Below the pieces are notes generated by a model. That model saw only the letters and a program-made list of their open reading frames with translations. It was not told where the DNA came from and made no database searches. From positions 62,001-126,000 of the forward strand of contig OZ025714.1 in assembly GCA_964019335.1 (NCBI GenBank): a stretch of DNA of 64,000 bases. Reading direction: 5' to 3'. Within the stretch, counting starts at the first letter, position 1. The number at the start of each line of letters is the position of its first letter. Shown here piece after piece: positions 1-10,889 of the stretch. The position numbers were made by a program, and so were the translations under genes. Source of the DNA: Diplonema japonicum (lineage: Eukaryota > Protista > Euglenozoa: Diplonemea).

Positions 1-1772
1 TTGTTTCCCGGCATAACGCTCCCGCGTGCACTGCTCGCAAATGATCATTCTGTCTTCTACGCAGAAGTACTTCAGCTGTTCGTAGATGTGCCTCGTGCAC
101 ACGAAAGGCTCGCGTAGCTTTTGATGCAGCCTCGCATGCAGCCTGTTGCTTGTATCTTCACATGTCTCGACGTAGTTGTAGACTGTTCGGATCACAGATG
201 CAAACAGCTTCTCGTCGTCGACCGATATCTCCTTCATCATCTTGTGCTTCCTCACCTGCACAGGGTCTTCGCTCATGAAGGACTTCAAGCTTCCCACAGA
301 AGATGTTTGCATGCTTTTCAAACTTTTCTTCATACTCGTTGCGCGTGATGACCTGCTAATGCTCAGGTCATCATCTTCTTCCTCTTCCTCTTCGTGCACT
401 GACGTTGCTGTCATTTTCAAATCGTCCCAAATATCTGTGTTGAAGATGCAGCCCGAGTATTCGATTGCATCGTCTGTCTGTTCCTTATCCGACTTCTTGG
501 CTGGAGTAGTTGCCCGATTGTTGACTGTCAACCTGTTACTCTTGTTGGGGTCTTCTTCAGCCTTCGTCTTCTGATACATTCCAAACGGGGGAAAGAAGCA
601 GACCGTGTTTTGCTTTGCCGTTGCGACCTTTGCCACACCTCTGGCAGCGCCTCCAAGCTTCGTGATGCCGTGCAGCTCGCGTTGCCTGGGCTTCGTGGGT
701 TGCGGTGCTATGAGGTTGCTTATGTCGTAGACGGGAGTGGTGGAATCGATGTTTAGTTTCCACAACCGTGTGCCGTCGTTGTACCTACTGTCGTTGGGGG
801 GTGTGCGCATCTGCACCTTCGGTTTTGCTTTCTTTTTACCCTTTGTAGGGCGCATCGCTTCCTGAAGAGCTTGCTGCCGAAGCTCCGCCTCCTCGGCCTC
901 CGCCTCCGCGTCGTGATAAGCGCCGATGACAATGGTGAAGGCAACACATGCCTTGTCTTGGGATATATCGAGAGGAAGCTCCACGGAAAGGGGGTGGGTG
1001 ATGGCGGGGAACCAGATGGGAAGTGCTAAGATGACGGAAAGACTGCCGACCCAGTTGACGAGGACGGGCCAGTCGGGCTGCCCGAGTGCAGAGAAGACCA
1101 TCCTGCCAAAGGTGGGGGGGTTGCCGTAGGAGGCATTAGCTTCGAGCTGTGCATGAAACACAAAGTTCAGCGTCGTAAGTGGCGTTGTGAAAATGAAGAC
1201 GACAAGCAACACAAGAGGGGGGTACGGGAGCTTCGCCTCACTCTCGAGGTCTGAACTGCTGCCGTACATGTCGGGCTGCATGGAGTACCACTTCTTGACG
1301 AGGAGCTTCTCAACGATAACAACGTCAGCAAGGTTGCATCCGAGGTTGTGCGCGATCTCAGCGTAGATGCGAAGGTAGTTCTCCGCGTGCATGACAGACA
1401 GCAAGTGATGCAGCTTGTAGATGAGATTGGCGACAAGCTGCCCCGACAAGCGCAGCGCGACGAACGGAAACAAAGCACGCGACACTGCCTCAGCAGTCAT
1501 GACGTGCTTCAGGTTCCCCACCTTCGCTTCGAGGAAATGCAACCTGTCCTCCGTCAGCGTCGGTGTTTTCTCCAGGCCTACGTAATTCGTGATGTGGCTC
1601 TGTAGCGTGGCTATGATGGCGTCATATTCCTCTTCCGTCTTTTTGTGTGGTGTGGTATCGTTTCTTCTTTTTCTTTTTTTGGGACAAGTGGCCATACTTT
1701 CTTGTGTGTTGCCATCAGTTGCTTCAACACCTTCACACCCCTGCCGCCTTTCTTTCCTCTTGCTTTCAACAT
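1..1772 (-). CDS. B-box zinc-finger-containing protein, 3'-truncated by the window edge; exons 1772-1698 and 1638-<1
   Basis: Not in the ORF track. ATG at 1772 (MLKARGKKGG...). A 59-nt GTATGG...AAAAG intron (1697-1639) is followed by a 546-codon open frame to base 1, ending in CTRHIYEQLKYFCVEDRMIICEQC (B-box type-2 pattern). Confidence 0.8.
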
Positions 1773-2249
1773 TTTTCTTTCTCTTTCGCTGTCGTAGCAG
1801 ATTACTTACTTGTTTAGATGGAAATAGAAGAATATCTTTTGACTGTGCTACGAAAAAAACACAAAAAGGGGAGAGAATAGGTTGGTCAGTAAGAGGTGGC
1901 TAGTTAAGAAGAAGGAAAAAAAAAGAAAAGAAGAAGGGAAAGGGACAAAAAAAAAACCATGTTCTTTTGGAAAAAAAAAAGAAGAAAAGAGAAAAAATCT
2001 CAAACAATGCGTCTTCACTTTTACAGTATTTACGTGTTGTTATTTTAATTCGTGCAACCGTTTGCTGACTAACCACCATATCCTCGTTCTTTTTTTTTCG
2101 TTCTCTTTTTCTTTTTTCCCCCGACAAAAAATCGGGCTAAGAAAAAAAAAAGGGAACCATTTAAAGTTACTGTCCCCCTTTTGCGTCTTCTTTTACTTTA
2201 GCTTTTCGTTCTCTTCTTGAAAAGGCTAAAAAAAAAAAAAAAAAAGAAT

Positions 2250-2284
<35 letters not shown>

Positions 2285-2498
2285 AGGTCGTGGGAAAAAG
2301 AGTTGCGTTTTCTTGTGTCAAAAAAATGCAAAACAGCCAAATACCACCCTTTATGGGCAAAATTTTGTGTGTTGAATCGTCCGTCCCATTTTCTTTTCTT
2401 TTTCTTGTCTCAAAGTTTTTTTTTAATAAAAGTTAGAAAGGCAAGTATAGCATACTCTCAGGTATGCCTTACGAAATCTCGCATCAACAAGACAAAAA

Positions 2499-3650
2499 TC
2501 ACACTGTCGCAGTGATCAGAGCATTGAAAACGGAGGGTGCTGTGGAGTACATGTGGTGTCCCATGCCGTCCAGCACAGTTAGGTTGGTGGGGACGGTAGC
2601 ATGTTTCACGACCTCGTGACCCGAAGCTGCTTCAATGAAGTCGCGCTCACCATACACCAAGATAAGCTTCTCAGCGTTGATATCCTTCATACGCCTCATA
2701 AGCGGCTCCTTCCACCCCACAGCAGGGTTCACCGTCGCCAGGAACGCGTCCTCCCCTGTGATCTGCGCACACTGCAAGTGAAACACGTACTCCTGCAGCT
2801 CCGGCGTCGTGTACCCATACCACGTAGCCCGCTTTGTTAAAATCCTCTTGATGACCACTGCCGCTGCGGGGCCCAAGAACCTTGCCATCTTTGTTCGTGT
2901 CAACCCCAAGAAATGCACCAATCTGAAAGACATCTGCACCGACATTGGAAACCCTTTAATCCTGTGGACGATGGGGCTGATCCCAACAGGCGCTGCGAGC
3001 ATCAGGGTCTCTACCTTGTGCTGCAAAGCATAGGCCGTTGCGATGAATCCTCCAAGGGAGTGGCCCAGAAGGTCGATAGGGGTGTTTGGAATGGTGGCCT
3101 CACGCCACGCGTGGATGGCATTGGTCCACCATTGAAGTGCCGCATCCTGCGTGTAGCCTGAGAAGGATGGTGAGGATGACCGGCCGAAACCAAGCAGGTC
3201 GAGGCACCAGATGTCGTACTTGTCTGTGAGCCCGGGGATGTTCTTGGCCCACACACCGAGCCCGGCGCCCAGACCGTGCAGCATGACGAGGACCTTCTTA
3301 GGCTCGGAGGAGGAAGTTTCAGAAACGAAGTGCACGCAGTTGATGGTAACATCGTTCGCCTGTACCTCGTGTTGCTTGTAGATGACCCCGTCAATGGACC
3401 TCAGAAGAGCGTCTTCTGCGTCTTTCAGTTTCTTCGGCGATGACGGCATCCTCCATGCCACCCTGAAGAGCACGTACAACACTGCTACTACCGCCACACT
3501 GTTCACCACCCCATACCGCATAACCAACAGCACCATCGACGCGTTCAGCCCTACTAGAAAGCTTGCAAAATACACAACAACGCGTGGGCCCCTCCTGGTG
3601 CTCATCACCGGGACTGGTGGTGGTTCCATCTTATCTTCTGTTCCCGGCAT
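2499..3650 (-). CDS. Alpha/beta hydrolase, ABHD4/ABHD5-like, with N-terminal transmembrane segments
   Basis: MLHGLGAG, DLLGFGRSS, nucleophile elbow GHSLGG, YGERD acid and GHH catalytic His; two hydrophobic N-terminal helices. Confidence 0.88.
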   Translation of the reverse strand: MPGTEDKMEPPPVPVMSTRRGPRVVVYFASFLVGLNASMVLLVMRYGVVNSVAVVAVLYVLFRVAWRMPSSPKKLKDAEDALLRSIDGVIYKQHEVQANDVTINCVHFVSETSSSEPKKVLVMLHGLGAGLGVWAKNIPGLTDKYDIWCLDLLGFGRSSSPSFSGYTQDAALQWWTNAIHAWREATIPNTPIDLLGHSLGGFIATAYALQHKVETLMLAAPVGISPIVHRIKGFPMSVQMSFRLVHFLGLTRTKMARFLGPAAAVVIKRILTKRATWYGYTTPELQEYVFHLQCAQITGEDAFLATVNPAVGWKEPLMRRMKDINAEKLILVYGERDFIEAASGHEVVKHATVPTNLTVLDGMGHHMYSTAPSVFNALITATV

Positions 3651-3929
3651 TCCTTTGATGTGGTGAAAGGCTGCAATTTAAGCTAAAAACTGAAACACAT
3701 AGACATAGAGGGGAAGCGGTCGTGCACGGGCTTTTTCGTGCGTCAAAAGGAAAAAAGGGGGAAACGACAGAAAGGGGAGGCGGTTGGAAAGAGGAAAAGA
3801 AAGAAAAAGGTATTACGTAAAACAACAAAAAAAATGACGCAGCCCTCACACGACCCACATGTCACACACGGGTGCCATGTGCCCTCACCACACAAAACGC
3901 TGGTATGTTTGGTGCGTTCCCTTTAAAGC

Positions 3930-5048
3930 TTAAACGAGCTTGGCACCGGTGGGGTACGAGGAGCAGGACAGGATACCGCACAGGCCACAGACCTGGATGG
4001 TGGAGGGGCCACCCTTGCAGCCGAAGCCGTCCTGGGGGCTGTTGTCGGTGGCACAGGGAGCATTGCCGTCAGCGTGGCGGAGGATGCGGATGTACCCCTT
4101 CTCGCCCCACGAGGCACCCCAAGAGTTCCTCACAATCCAGTAGTTGGTGGTGTCATCAACACCGAACCCCACAATCTGCACAGCGTGGTCGATGTCCGCA
4201 CCGCAGTTCTTGCTGAGGACACCGCCCTCGTACAGCTGCCAGCCGATACCACCAGCATCGACAGAGATGGCAACGGGCCCCACGTTAGCAACAGCGGTGG
4301 CGAGAGCGTTCTCGTCGTTGGGCTTAAGGTCCACCTGGCCGGTGATGGTGGCAGTGGGGTGGATCTTGTTCTTCTCGCAGGTGCCAGTCACACCAGCGTA
4401 CGGGTAAGAAGTCTCGTTGGACAGACCACCCGCGTTGATGGTGTAGTTGAAGGCAATGGGCTGGGTGCTACCGGCACAGCCGCCAGTGCCACCGCACTCG
4501 TTGGGGTTGGGTGCACAGCTCACAAGCTGCTGAGGGGACAGAACAAGGAGCTTGCCGGTGGCGAGGGCAACAGCCGACTCGACGGTCTCAGTGGCGGAGA
4601 AAGCCCAGCACGAACCACAGCCACCCTGGTTCTTGACGGGGGTCACCACAGGGGGGCTGTGGGTCCTCCAGTCGACAGAGGTCGGAAGGTCGGTGGAGTG
4701 CATGGCGGCACCAGTCTTGAGGGCCTTGTGGTGCTGGTTGAAAACTCTCTCCTTGTCAAGACCAGCCATGCTGTGCTTGAACTCTTTCTGGGTCATGTCA
4801 GCGAACTGGTTCAGTCCAGCAACGCTGGTAGAGGTAGGGTCGGCGTTGTGTGTCCTGATCCACCTAAGGTTGGTCTCAAAGATGACCTTCCTCCTTAGGT
4901 ACTCGTCAGCCTCGTACTTCTTCCCGTACTCTTCCACGTAGTCACCGAAGCTGTAGTTGGGGTTCTTCGCAAGGTCGGCGGCCGAGGTACGGAGGTACCC
5001 ATGGCACACACCGACGGACAGCAAGAAAACAAGAACAGCACACTTCAT
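3930..5048 (-). CDS. Papain-family (C1A) cathepsin-L-like cysteine protease with signal peptide and I29 propeptide
   Basis: ERFNIN-like and GLNQFAD propeptide motifs; QGGCGSCWAFS, DHAV and WIVRNSWG catalytic motifs. Confidence 0.96.
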   Translation of the reverse strand: MKCAVLVFLLSVGVCHGYLRTSAADLAKNPNYSFGDYVEEYGKKYEADEYLRRKVIFETNLRWIRTHNADPTSTSVAGLNQFADMTQKEFKHSMAGLDKERVFNQHHKALKTGAAMHSTDLPTSVDWRTHSPPVVTPVKNQGGCGSCWAFSATETVESAVALATGKLLVLSPQQLVSCAPNPNECGGTGGCAGSTQPIAFNYTINAGGLSNETSYPYAGVTGTCEKNKIHPTATITGQVDLKPNDENALATAVANVGPVAISVDAGGIGWQLYEGGVLSKNCGADIDHAVQIVGFGVDDTTNYWIVRNSWGASWGEKGYIRILRHADGNAPCATDNSPQDGFGCKGGPSTIQVCGLCGILSCSSYPTGAKLV

Positions 5049-5370
5049 CTTAAGACCTGAATGCTGGTGAACAGGATACTAATACTAAAAGAACTTAAAA
5101 AAACAGAAGCACGCTGTGATGCATCGAAAGGAGATTTAAACGCTCTCCTTAACTCCCACATACTACCCTCAACGAAGGCGTCATCATGCTAAGCGGCTAC
5201 TACGAGTCTTGAGGAGTCTTAAAATAAAAGGAAAGGGTTTGTTTTATTTCTTTCTTTTTTTTCTTTTTTGCTTTTCTTTTCTTTTTTGCATTTTGGGCTA
5301 AAACGGTCTGCAAAGGGAATAGGTGTTGTACATATCAAACAAGAGGCCGAGGGTGTGGCAAGGAAGGTGG

Positions 5371-6066
5371 CTATTGAAGAGGTTTGGACTTCGCAACAAG
5401 GGTAAGAATGAGTGTGCAGAGTGCACTGCTCAGATCGGAAACTTTTACGTCTGGGATGTGAACGAAGTATCCCGCAGCTATGTGACCTTGCTGGACTGCG
5501 GAGAGGGTGTTCCAATGAGTCTCGTTACAGATGTAGGAGTTAGATGGCCTGTGTGCAGTAGTGGCGATGGAGAAGGGTGCAACCTTGGTGTTGTGCAACG
5601 ATCGCACGATACTGGACAGTGCTGGGATAGACAGCGACGCGCAGCCGTGGTGGTCCAACGGCTCGGAGATAGCATGCCCTACAGCATCCGCCCCCCGTCT
5701 TCCATTGAAGGCACCATCTTCGAGGGTGATGATGTCGTCCGCCGCTCCACTGTTCAGCCCTATGTTGATCACCACATCGTACGCTGCGTAGTCAATCACC
5801 TTCGCTGTCCCCCACACAACCGGAAGCCTCAAGAAATGCCACTCAACACCCTTCCCCTTCTCCCTCAGCATCTCGTCTAGCTTGCCCCCAATCACAACCC
5901 TCCCGCTCGGGTTCTTCTCGCACTTGAATATATCCCCCTCTACCTCGTGCCAGTCCGTGAACCCTGTCACCAACACCCTGAATACCTTCCCCTTCTTCTC
6001 GCACCACTGCATCAAAAAATACAGCGCCCCCGCCGTGAAACACGCAGCTGGAAGGTATTCTTTCAT
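5371..6066 (-). CDS. Pyroglutamyl-peptidase I (C15)-like protein with N-terminal hydrophobic segment
   Basis: VLVTGF, NPS, ITLE (Glu), YICNE (Cys) and FVHIP (His) triad motifs. Confidence 0.85.
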   Translation of the reverse strand: MKEYLPAACFTAGALYFLMQWCEKKGKVFRVLVTGFTDWHEVEGDIFKCEKNPSGRVVIGGKLDEMLREKGKGVEWHFLRLPVVWGTAKVIDYAAYDVVINIGLNSGAADDIITLEDGAFNGRRGADAVGHAISEPLDHHGCASLSIPALSSIVRSLHNTKVAPFSIATTAHRPSNSYICNETHWNTLSAVQQGHIAAGYFVHIPDVKVSDLSSALCTLILTLVAKSKPLQ

Positions 6067-6164
6067 TTAACACCTGAAGGATTCTCAAAAAAAAAATACT
6101 AATCGTAAAATTGGACCAACAAGTTTTCAAAAAAAAAGCTGAACAAGAACAATAAAGTTTTCTA

Positions 6165-7880
6165 TTACTGAAGATTCGCCTTCAGCCAGGCGTCGAAGGT
6201 CCGCTCGTTGCTTGGCGGCGAGGGGGGTGCGGCGATGGGAACAGGCGGCTGTTTCAAGTACATTGAAAGGTCGACCGAAGATTTCTGATGAGGGGTTCTG
6301 CCGATGGTGGAGATGACCTTGGGTGAGTGAGACTGCTCCTCGTCCATGTAGAAGGCCTCCAGGGGGTATGAAATCGAGGCTTTTCTCGTGGTGGCGCTGT
6401 TTCTGCTTTTTTGCGGCGTGTGCCTCCTGCTGAGCTCTTCTTCGAACTCAACTAGCCTTGCCTCGAGGTTCACGCAGTTGAGACATGTCTCCTTAATCCC
6501 CCCAGTGGCGCGGCTCATTAAATCTTTCGCCACGCTGTCTGCGTACTTCGCTTGCTCCTCAGTAATGGGCTTCTTCGTCCTGTATCGCGATTGAGGAGGG
6601 TTGTGGTACATGAGCGGTGTGACGAGCGAGCTGTACGTTACATTCGATACGCCTACGACGCCCAAGGTGTCAAGGGCATCTGTCAGGGACAAGCTGCCGA
6701 ACAAGCACGAGAAGGAGCATAGGCTCACATGTCCGCTCTTGCTGCTTAAGGTCTTCGTGACGCCCTCTGATATTGCTTTCATAACCCCCGGAGTCAGCTC
6801 CGAGACCTGCTTCCTTATCGCCTTCTCAAAGGTGTTGAAGCCTACCTCCAAGATCGTCGCGCCAAATGAAGATATCCAAAACCGTCTGCTCGACGAGCTG
6901 GGCACCAGCTCCGCCAAGCACGACACCGACAAGTCCCTCTTGTCCGTCGTGTTCAGTTCCAGCGGTTTAAACTTTGACGTCGATGCCGTCTCATCGTTCA
7001 CAGCAGGCTTCACCAGGTCCATCACCATCTTGCTGCTGAACAGCACGCTATTCTGGCACCACGCCACATCGGCGGTGTACTTATCAAAATCCTTTGCTCC
7101 GAAGAAATTCGGGAGCAAACAGGCAGCCCCCGCCACAGTGTCTCTCAGGTGTGATATAGTCTGCAGCAGAAACACCAACGGCCATATTGCGTCATCCGCC
7201 CTCAGCAGGGTTTTATCTTTCAACGAAGGTAGTTTATAAAGTGGGTCAATGGCCGCTTCGACGGAAAGCGCAGTATCCCTAAGAGGGACACGCATGGTCT
7301 CCACCGAAGCACGCCACTTCCTATCCTGGATGGGCATGGTCTTCCAGCCTGGCAGGTCTTCGTTGTTGTGGAGGGACTTCAAGTTGAAGATCACACGACG
7401 TATGGCGTCGACAAGCTCGGAAACATCGATGCCCCTCTTGATCTCTCGTAAGGGTGTTTCCTGTGGTGGTGCGTGCATGGATAGGTCTTCTATAGCAGCG
7501 TACTCCCTTCGAGGCGACAAGGACAACGGAGGTGCGGGTCGTGCCGTCGGTGTGTCAGGCGCTCTGCCCCGCGGAGATGTTGCCGTCTCATACGCCCTTG
7601 CCAGTCCTGTAGGGCTCAGCCATGCAGACCTCAGGCGAGCTGGGTCGCCTTCATCGGGTGGTGGGGAGTACACTTTATCGTGGTCGCCGAGAGTGTCACC
7701 TGTGGAGAACGTAGGGAACTCTGGGCGCTGCTTCGATGTCGCACTCCTTTTGAGCTCCTTCACATTGGGGTTTGTGAAAGTGCTCCTCCCTGTTGTGAGG
7801 TGTGAGTACGCTGTGGCTGACATGTCGGGAAGCCCAAGAGACTGCCACACTCCGCCATTCGAGAGGGGCACAGACGTCAT
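6165..7880 (-). CDS. Hypothetical protein (~571 aa)
   Basis: Long minus-strand ORF; first ATG at 7880 lies just after a CAG acceptor; no recognisable domain. Confidence 0.75.
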   Translation of the reverse strand: MTSVPLSNGGVWQSLGLPDMSATAYSHLTTGRSTFTNPNVKELKRSATSKQRPEFPTFSTGDTLGDHDKVYSPPPDEGDPARLRSAWLSPTGLARAYETATSPRGRAPDTPTARPAPPLSLSPRREYAAIEDLSMHAPPQETPLREIKRGIDVSELVDAIRRVIFNLKSLHNNEDLPGWKTMPIQDRKWRASVETMRVPLRDTALSVEAAIDPLYKLPSLKDKTLLRADDAIWPLVFLLQTISHLRDTVAGAACLLPNFFGAKDFDKYTADVAWCQNSVLFSSKMVMDLVKPAVNDETASTSKFKPLELNTTDKRDLSVSCLAELVPSSSSRRFWISSFGATILEVGFNTFEKAIRKQVSELTPGVMKAISEGVTKTLSSKSGHVSLCSFSCLFGSLSLTDALDTLGVVGVSNVTYSSLVTPLMYHNPPQSRYRTKKPITEEQAKYADSVAKDLMSRATGGIKETCLNCVNLEARLVEFEEELSRRHTPQKSRNSATTRKASISYPLEAFYMDEEQSHSPKVISTIGRTPHQKSSVDLSMYLKQPPVPIAAPPSPPSNERTFDAWLKANLQ

Positions 7881-7933
7881 ATTGCCAACCCACCTGTGAT
7901 GCCAGATAGAGAGGATCGCACAGCGCACGCATG

Positions 7934-8569
7934 CTACGAGTCTATCAGCTTAACTTCAGAGCGCTCGTCGAGGAAGGCTTCGACGCCAGCCCACCACGCA
8001 GGGTACTCCATGAGCTCTTTGTGTTGAAGAAGGGAAGAGAGGTACTCGAGAAAATGGGGAGTGATACCTACTTCTATGAGGTAATTTTGAAAACCGATAA
8101 TGAGTTCGTTGCTCTGGTCATCCCAGCAGGGCACCTTGTAGAGAGTATTCAGGTGGTAGTGGCCAGGGCTGGACACGTCGAAGGCACGCTGGATGTTTTG
8201 CGTGAATGTTGTTGCGGTGACGATGCGGAGGTTGCACTCGAGGGAGAGGCACTCGAAGCGGATGCAGCCCTTTCTGGTGGTCACCAGCACTGTGAAGGGG
8301 AATATCTCGGAGCACACACCACCGTGCAGCGTGTCGTCAGTGAAGGCCAGCGACCCTAAAACGTTCACAGCATACTCCTTTGTGTCTCTTTCTACCGTAA
8401 CATAGTCCGACCCTGGAATGTTTCCTACCTTCCAACCCCACTCCTCGTCCACAGGGGGAACCGGCGGAACCAACGACTCTGCGTTTCTCATCGCTCCTTC
8501 CACACCCCGTCCCGCCACGTCACGCAGCGCTTGTACGCTGCACCACCTTCTCACCGCTCCACGCAGCAT
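7934..8569 (-). CDS. Mitochondrial acidic matrix glycoprotein family (MAM33/p32/p22-like)
   Basis: MLRGAVRRW presequence; PFTVLVT..KG.IRFEC; C-terminal FQNYLIEVGI...KELMEY..W...VEAFL pattern typical of the MAM33 family. Confidence 0.72.
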   Translation of the reverse strand: MLRGAVRRWCSVQALRDVAGRGVEGAMRNAESLVPPVPPVDEEWGWKVGNIPGSDYVTVERDTKEYAVNVLGSLAFTDDTLHGGVCSEIFPFTVLVTTRKGCIRFECLSLECNLRIVTATTFTQNIQRAFDVSSPGHYHLNTLYKVPCWDDQSNELIIGFQNYLIEVGITPHFLEYLSSLLQHKELMEYPAWWAGVEAFLDERSEVKLIDS

Positions 8570-9086
8570 GACCTGTTTTAAGATGCGAATCAATGACGAG
8601 TAAAACAACGAAGAAACATAAAGCAAACACCGCACTCTCGCACACCTCCAGGTGCTCTTCAATGGCTCCTACTAGCAGGCGGAGAGTACCATTCAAAAGA
8701 ATAAACTCAAAATAAAAGACAACCACTTGAAGACTGCCTTGTGGTGTGAGGTTCGCGGTGTGCTAGTGACGTTGTGTGGAAAAAGTAGAAAGGGGAACAA
8801 AAAAAAGGGGAAGTTTTGTCAACACATTGGCCACATAGGCTAGTTGTTCGCTGTTGTCAGTGGGCTTCCTTCTTATATGAGACTTGCAGAACCTTTGAAG
8901 AGATAAACAAAACAGAGGACTGGCCTCTGGGTTACGTGTTCTGACAGGACACTAGAGTGCATAACCCGAACGTAACATCCCCGCCACTGCAAGTACACCC
9001 TTCTGGACAAACTGCGTTTTGGACCACAAACGTGTTTTCGGGGGGGAAGAAAAGCCTTTAGAAAATATGAAGAATGTCACAGTACA

Positions 9087-10889
9087 CTAGCAAGTGTAAG
9101 ATATGAGGTACCCAGGGTAGGCCCTCCCGTTGCAGTAAAGCATGTACACGCGGCTCCCGCCTGTCACACCGGTGACAGAGTCGTACCGAACAACACCCTT
9201 GCTGGAAGTTGTCTTGACGGGCGGCATGCGAATGGTGCCGTCGGAGGGCGTGTCGTAAGCGTCGCCCACGAGGACGGAGGCCAAGAACATCTGCAGTGTT
9301 CCACCGTTGTTGAAGGAGTACCCCTGCGAGTAGGAGGCGTTCATGGCGAAGTAGGTAGCAACCCCCCACATGCCAGACGTGCAGAACCGCATGTCGAAGC
9401 CTGCCTCCGAGTTGTACACCAAGTCAGGCGATGCACCTGACGTGCCGTGGAATAAGAATATCTCCTTTGGCTCCTTTCCATGCCACTGCTTCAGTTGTTC
9501 CTTCTCGTGTGCGTACTTCTGGTACAGGAGCTCGTTCTGCACCCTTTGCACCTTCGTCACTTTGGCGTTCGGGATGGTCTCCCGCACCCTCGCTACTATC
9601 TTCTGCAATTCATCATTAGATACAAGAGGCAGATTCAAGTTTCCAGACAGCTTCGTGTCCCACGAGGTAGGGACTGGGTACATCTTGTTTGCAGTCAGCT
9701 CCACCGGTATGTCCACAAACCCCCAGCTTTTAATCTGCTTCAAGCTGATGTTAGATGAGAAGTACTCCCTCACCCCGCGTTCCCCATTGTCTGTGTAGGT
9801 CCACCCGTCGCCCGAGTACGGCTCGCAGCAGAACAGCTCGCTGGCAAGCCAGATCCTCGCGTCCAAGGCGGTGTGATCGCTTCTGAGAAATGCAACTGTC
9901 GGGGAGCATCCAAGGGCACGCCACTTCTCGGTGGTGTTCTTCCCTGTCTGCAATAGCTGTTTGTACGACAGGCGCTTGAGGAGCGGGAATGTTTGTTGTA
10001 AGTACTTCCACACGAAAGGGTAGTGCGTCTGGACGATGGCCTCGAGACCGCACCAGTCAGCGGGAACAGGCTGCACGTCATGCTGCGCCTCAAACAGCAC
10101 TAGACCGTACTTCTTGTTGCGCTGGACAACGGATGTGACGTGCTTCTTCGTGAGGCCGACAGCCATCAACATGTCGAAGCCTCTCTTCCCGATGAGGGCC
10201 TCGATCCCATCAGGGCCGAGCACGAAGGTGGTAGGCCTGTCGATCGGCAGGATGCACCCTTTGCTCACGTTGCTTGCATCCCAGTTCGATGGGTAGGCTT
10301 GGAACCTACCGTAGATGTTTCCAATCCTGCAACCATGCGGCATCAAGCCTGTTTCTAGGTAGTACACAAGAGCATCAACGGTGATCGTGGTTGGTGCAGG
10401 ACGGGGGAGGACGGTGTGCAAGGCACTGTCTGAGCAACTGTTGCATAAGCCGCGTAGCGTGTGTTTCGTGTCATCACTCTTTGTGAACTGAGTGTCGCAT
10501 TTTGAGCAGCTGTCAGGCAGCCCCGGGACATGCTTCGATAGCTTATCAAAGCAAAGGTCGCAGAGGCCGGTCTTAAAGGACTCTTCCTTTGCAGTCAGCG
10601 TGTTCTTACAGCTAGCGCACGCTGCCGTTTGTTTTTTCGTTTTTTTCAAGTTGGCCTTGTCGTAGCACTTGTTGCACATTCCCGACCCGTACTGCAGCTC
10701 GGGGGGTGTCAGAGCAGTGCTGCAGTCCGTGCACAGCCCGTTCCGCTTGTTATAGCACGCATTACACAACCATGTTCTGAACGAGATTTCTTGAGGGGTG
10801 AGAGTCTTCGAACAGGAAGCACATGCTTCGCACAGCTTGCAAACTACCTGCCCTGAACTAGGGCAGCCGCATCTCAAACAAGATGACAT
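9087..10889 (-). CDS. Multi-zinc-finger + uncharacterised domain + PARP catalytic domain (probable mono-ADP-ribosyltransferase)
   Basis: CxxC..LT..E....CxxC repeats at the N-terminus; C-terminal LFHGT, GMWGVATYFA, MFLASVLVG, YDSV and RAYPGYLISY; Val at the catalytic Glu position. Confidence 0.88.
   Translation of the reverse strand: MSSCLRCGCPSSGQVVCKLCEACASCSKTLTPQEISFRTWLCNACYNKRNGLCTDCSTALTPPELQYGSGMCNKCYDKANLKKTKKQTAACASCKNTLTAKEESFKTGLCDLCFDKLSKHVPGLPDSCSKCDTQFTKSDDTKHTLRGLCNSCSDSALHTVLPRPAPTTITVDALVYYLETGLMPHGCRIGNIYGRFQAYPSNWDASNVSKGCILPIDRPTTFVLGPDGIEALIGKRGFDMLMAVGLTKKHVTSVVQRNKKYGLVLFEAQHDVQPVPADWCGLEAIVQTHYPFVWKYLQQTFPLLKRLSYKQLLQTGKNTTEKWRALGCSPTVAFLRSDHTALDARIWLASELFCCEPYSGDGWTYTDNGERGVREYFSSNISLKQIKSWGFVDIPVELTANKMYPVPTSWDTKLSGNLNLPLVSNDELQKIVARVRETIPNAKVTKVQRVQNELLYQKYAHEKEQLKQWHGKEPKEIFLFHGTSGASPDLVYNSEAGFDMRFCTSGMWGVATYFAMNASYSQGYSFNNGGTLQMFLASVLVGDAYDTPSDGTIRMPPVKTTSSKGVVRYDSVTGVTGGSRVYMLYCNGRAYPGYLISYTC

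Noticed and set aside
8923-8967. Hairpin followed by AGA as a euglenozoan H/ACA-like RNA
   Set aside because: Too short, and there is no two-sided pseudouridylation pocket.
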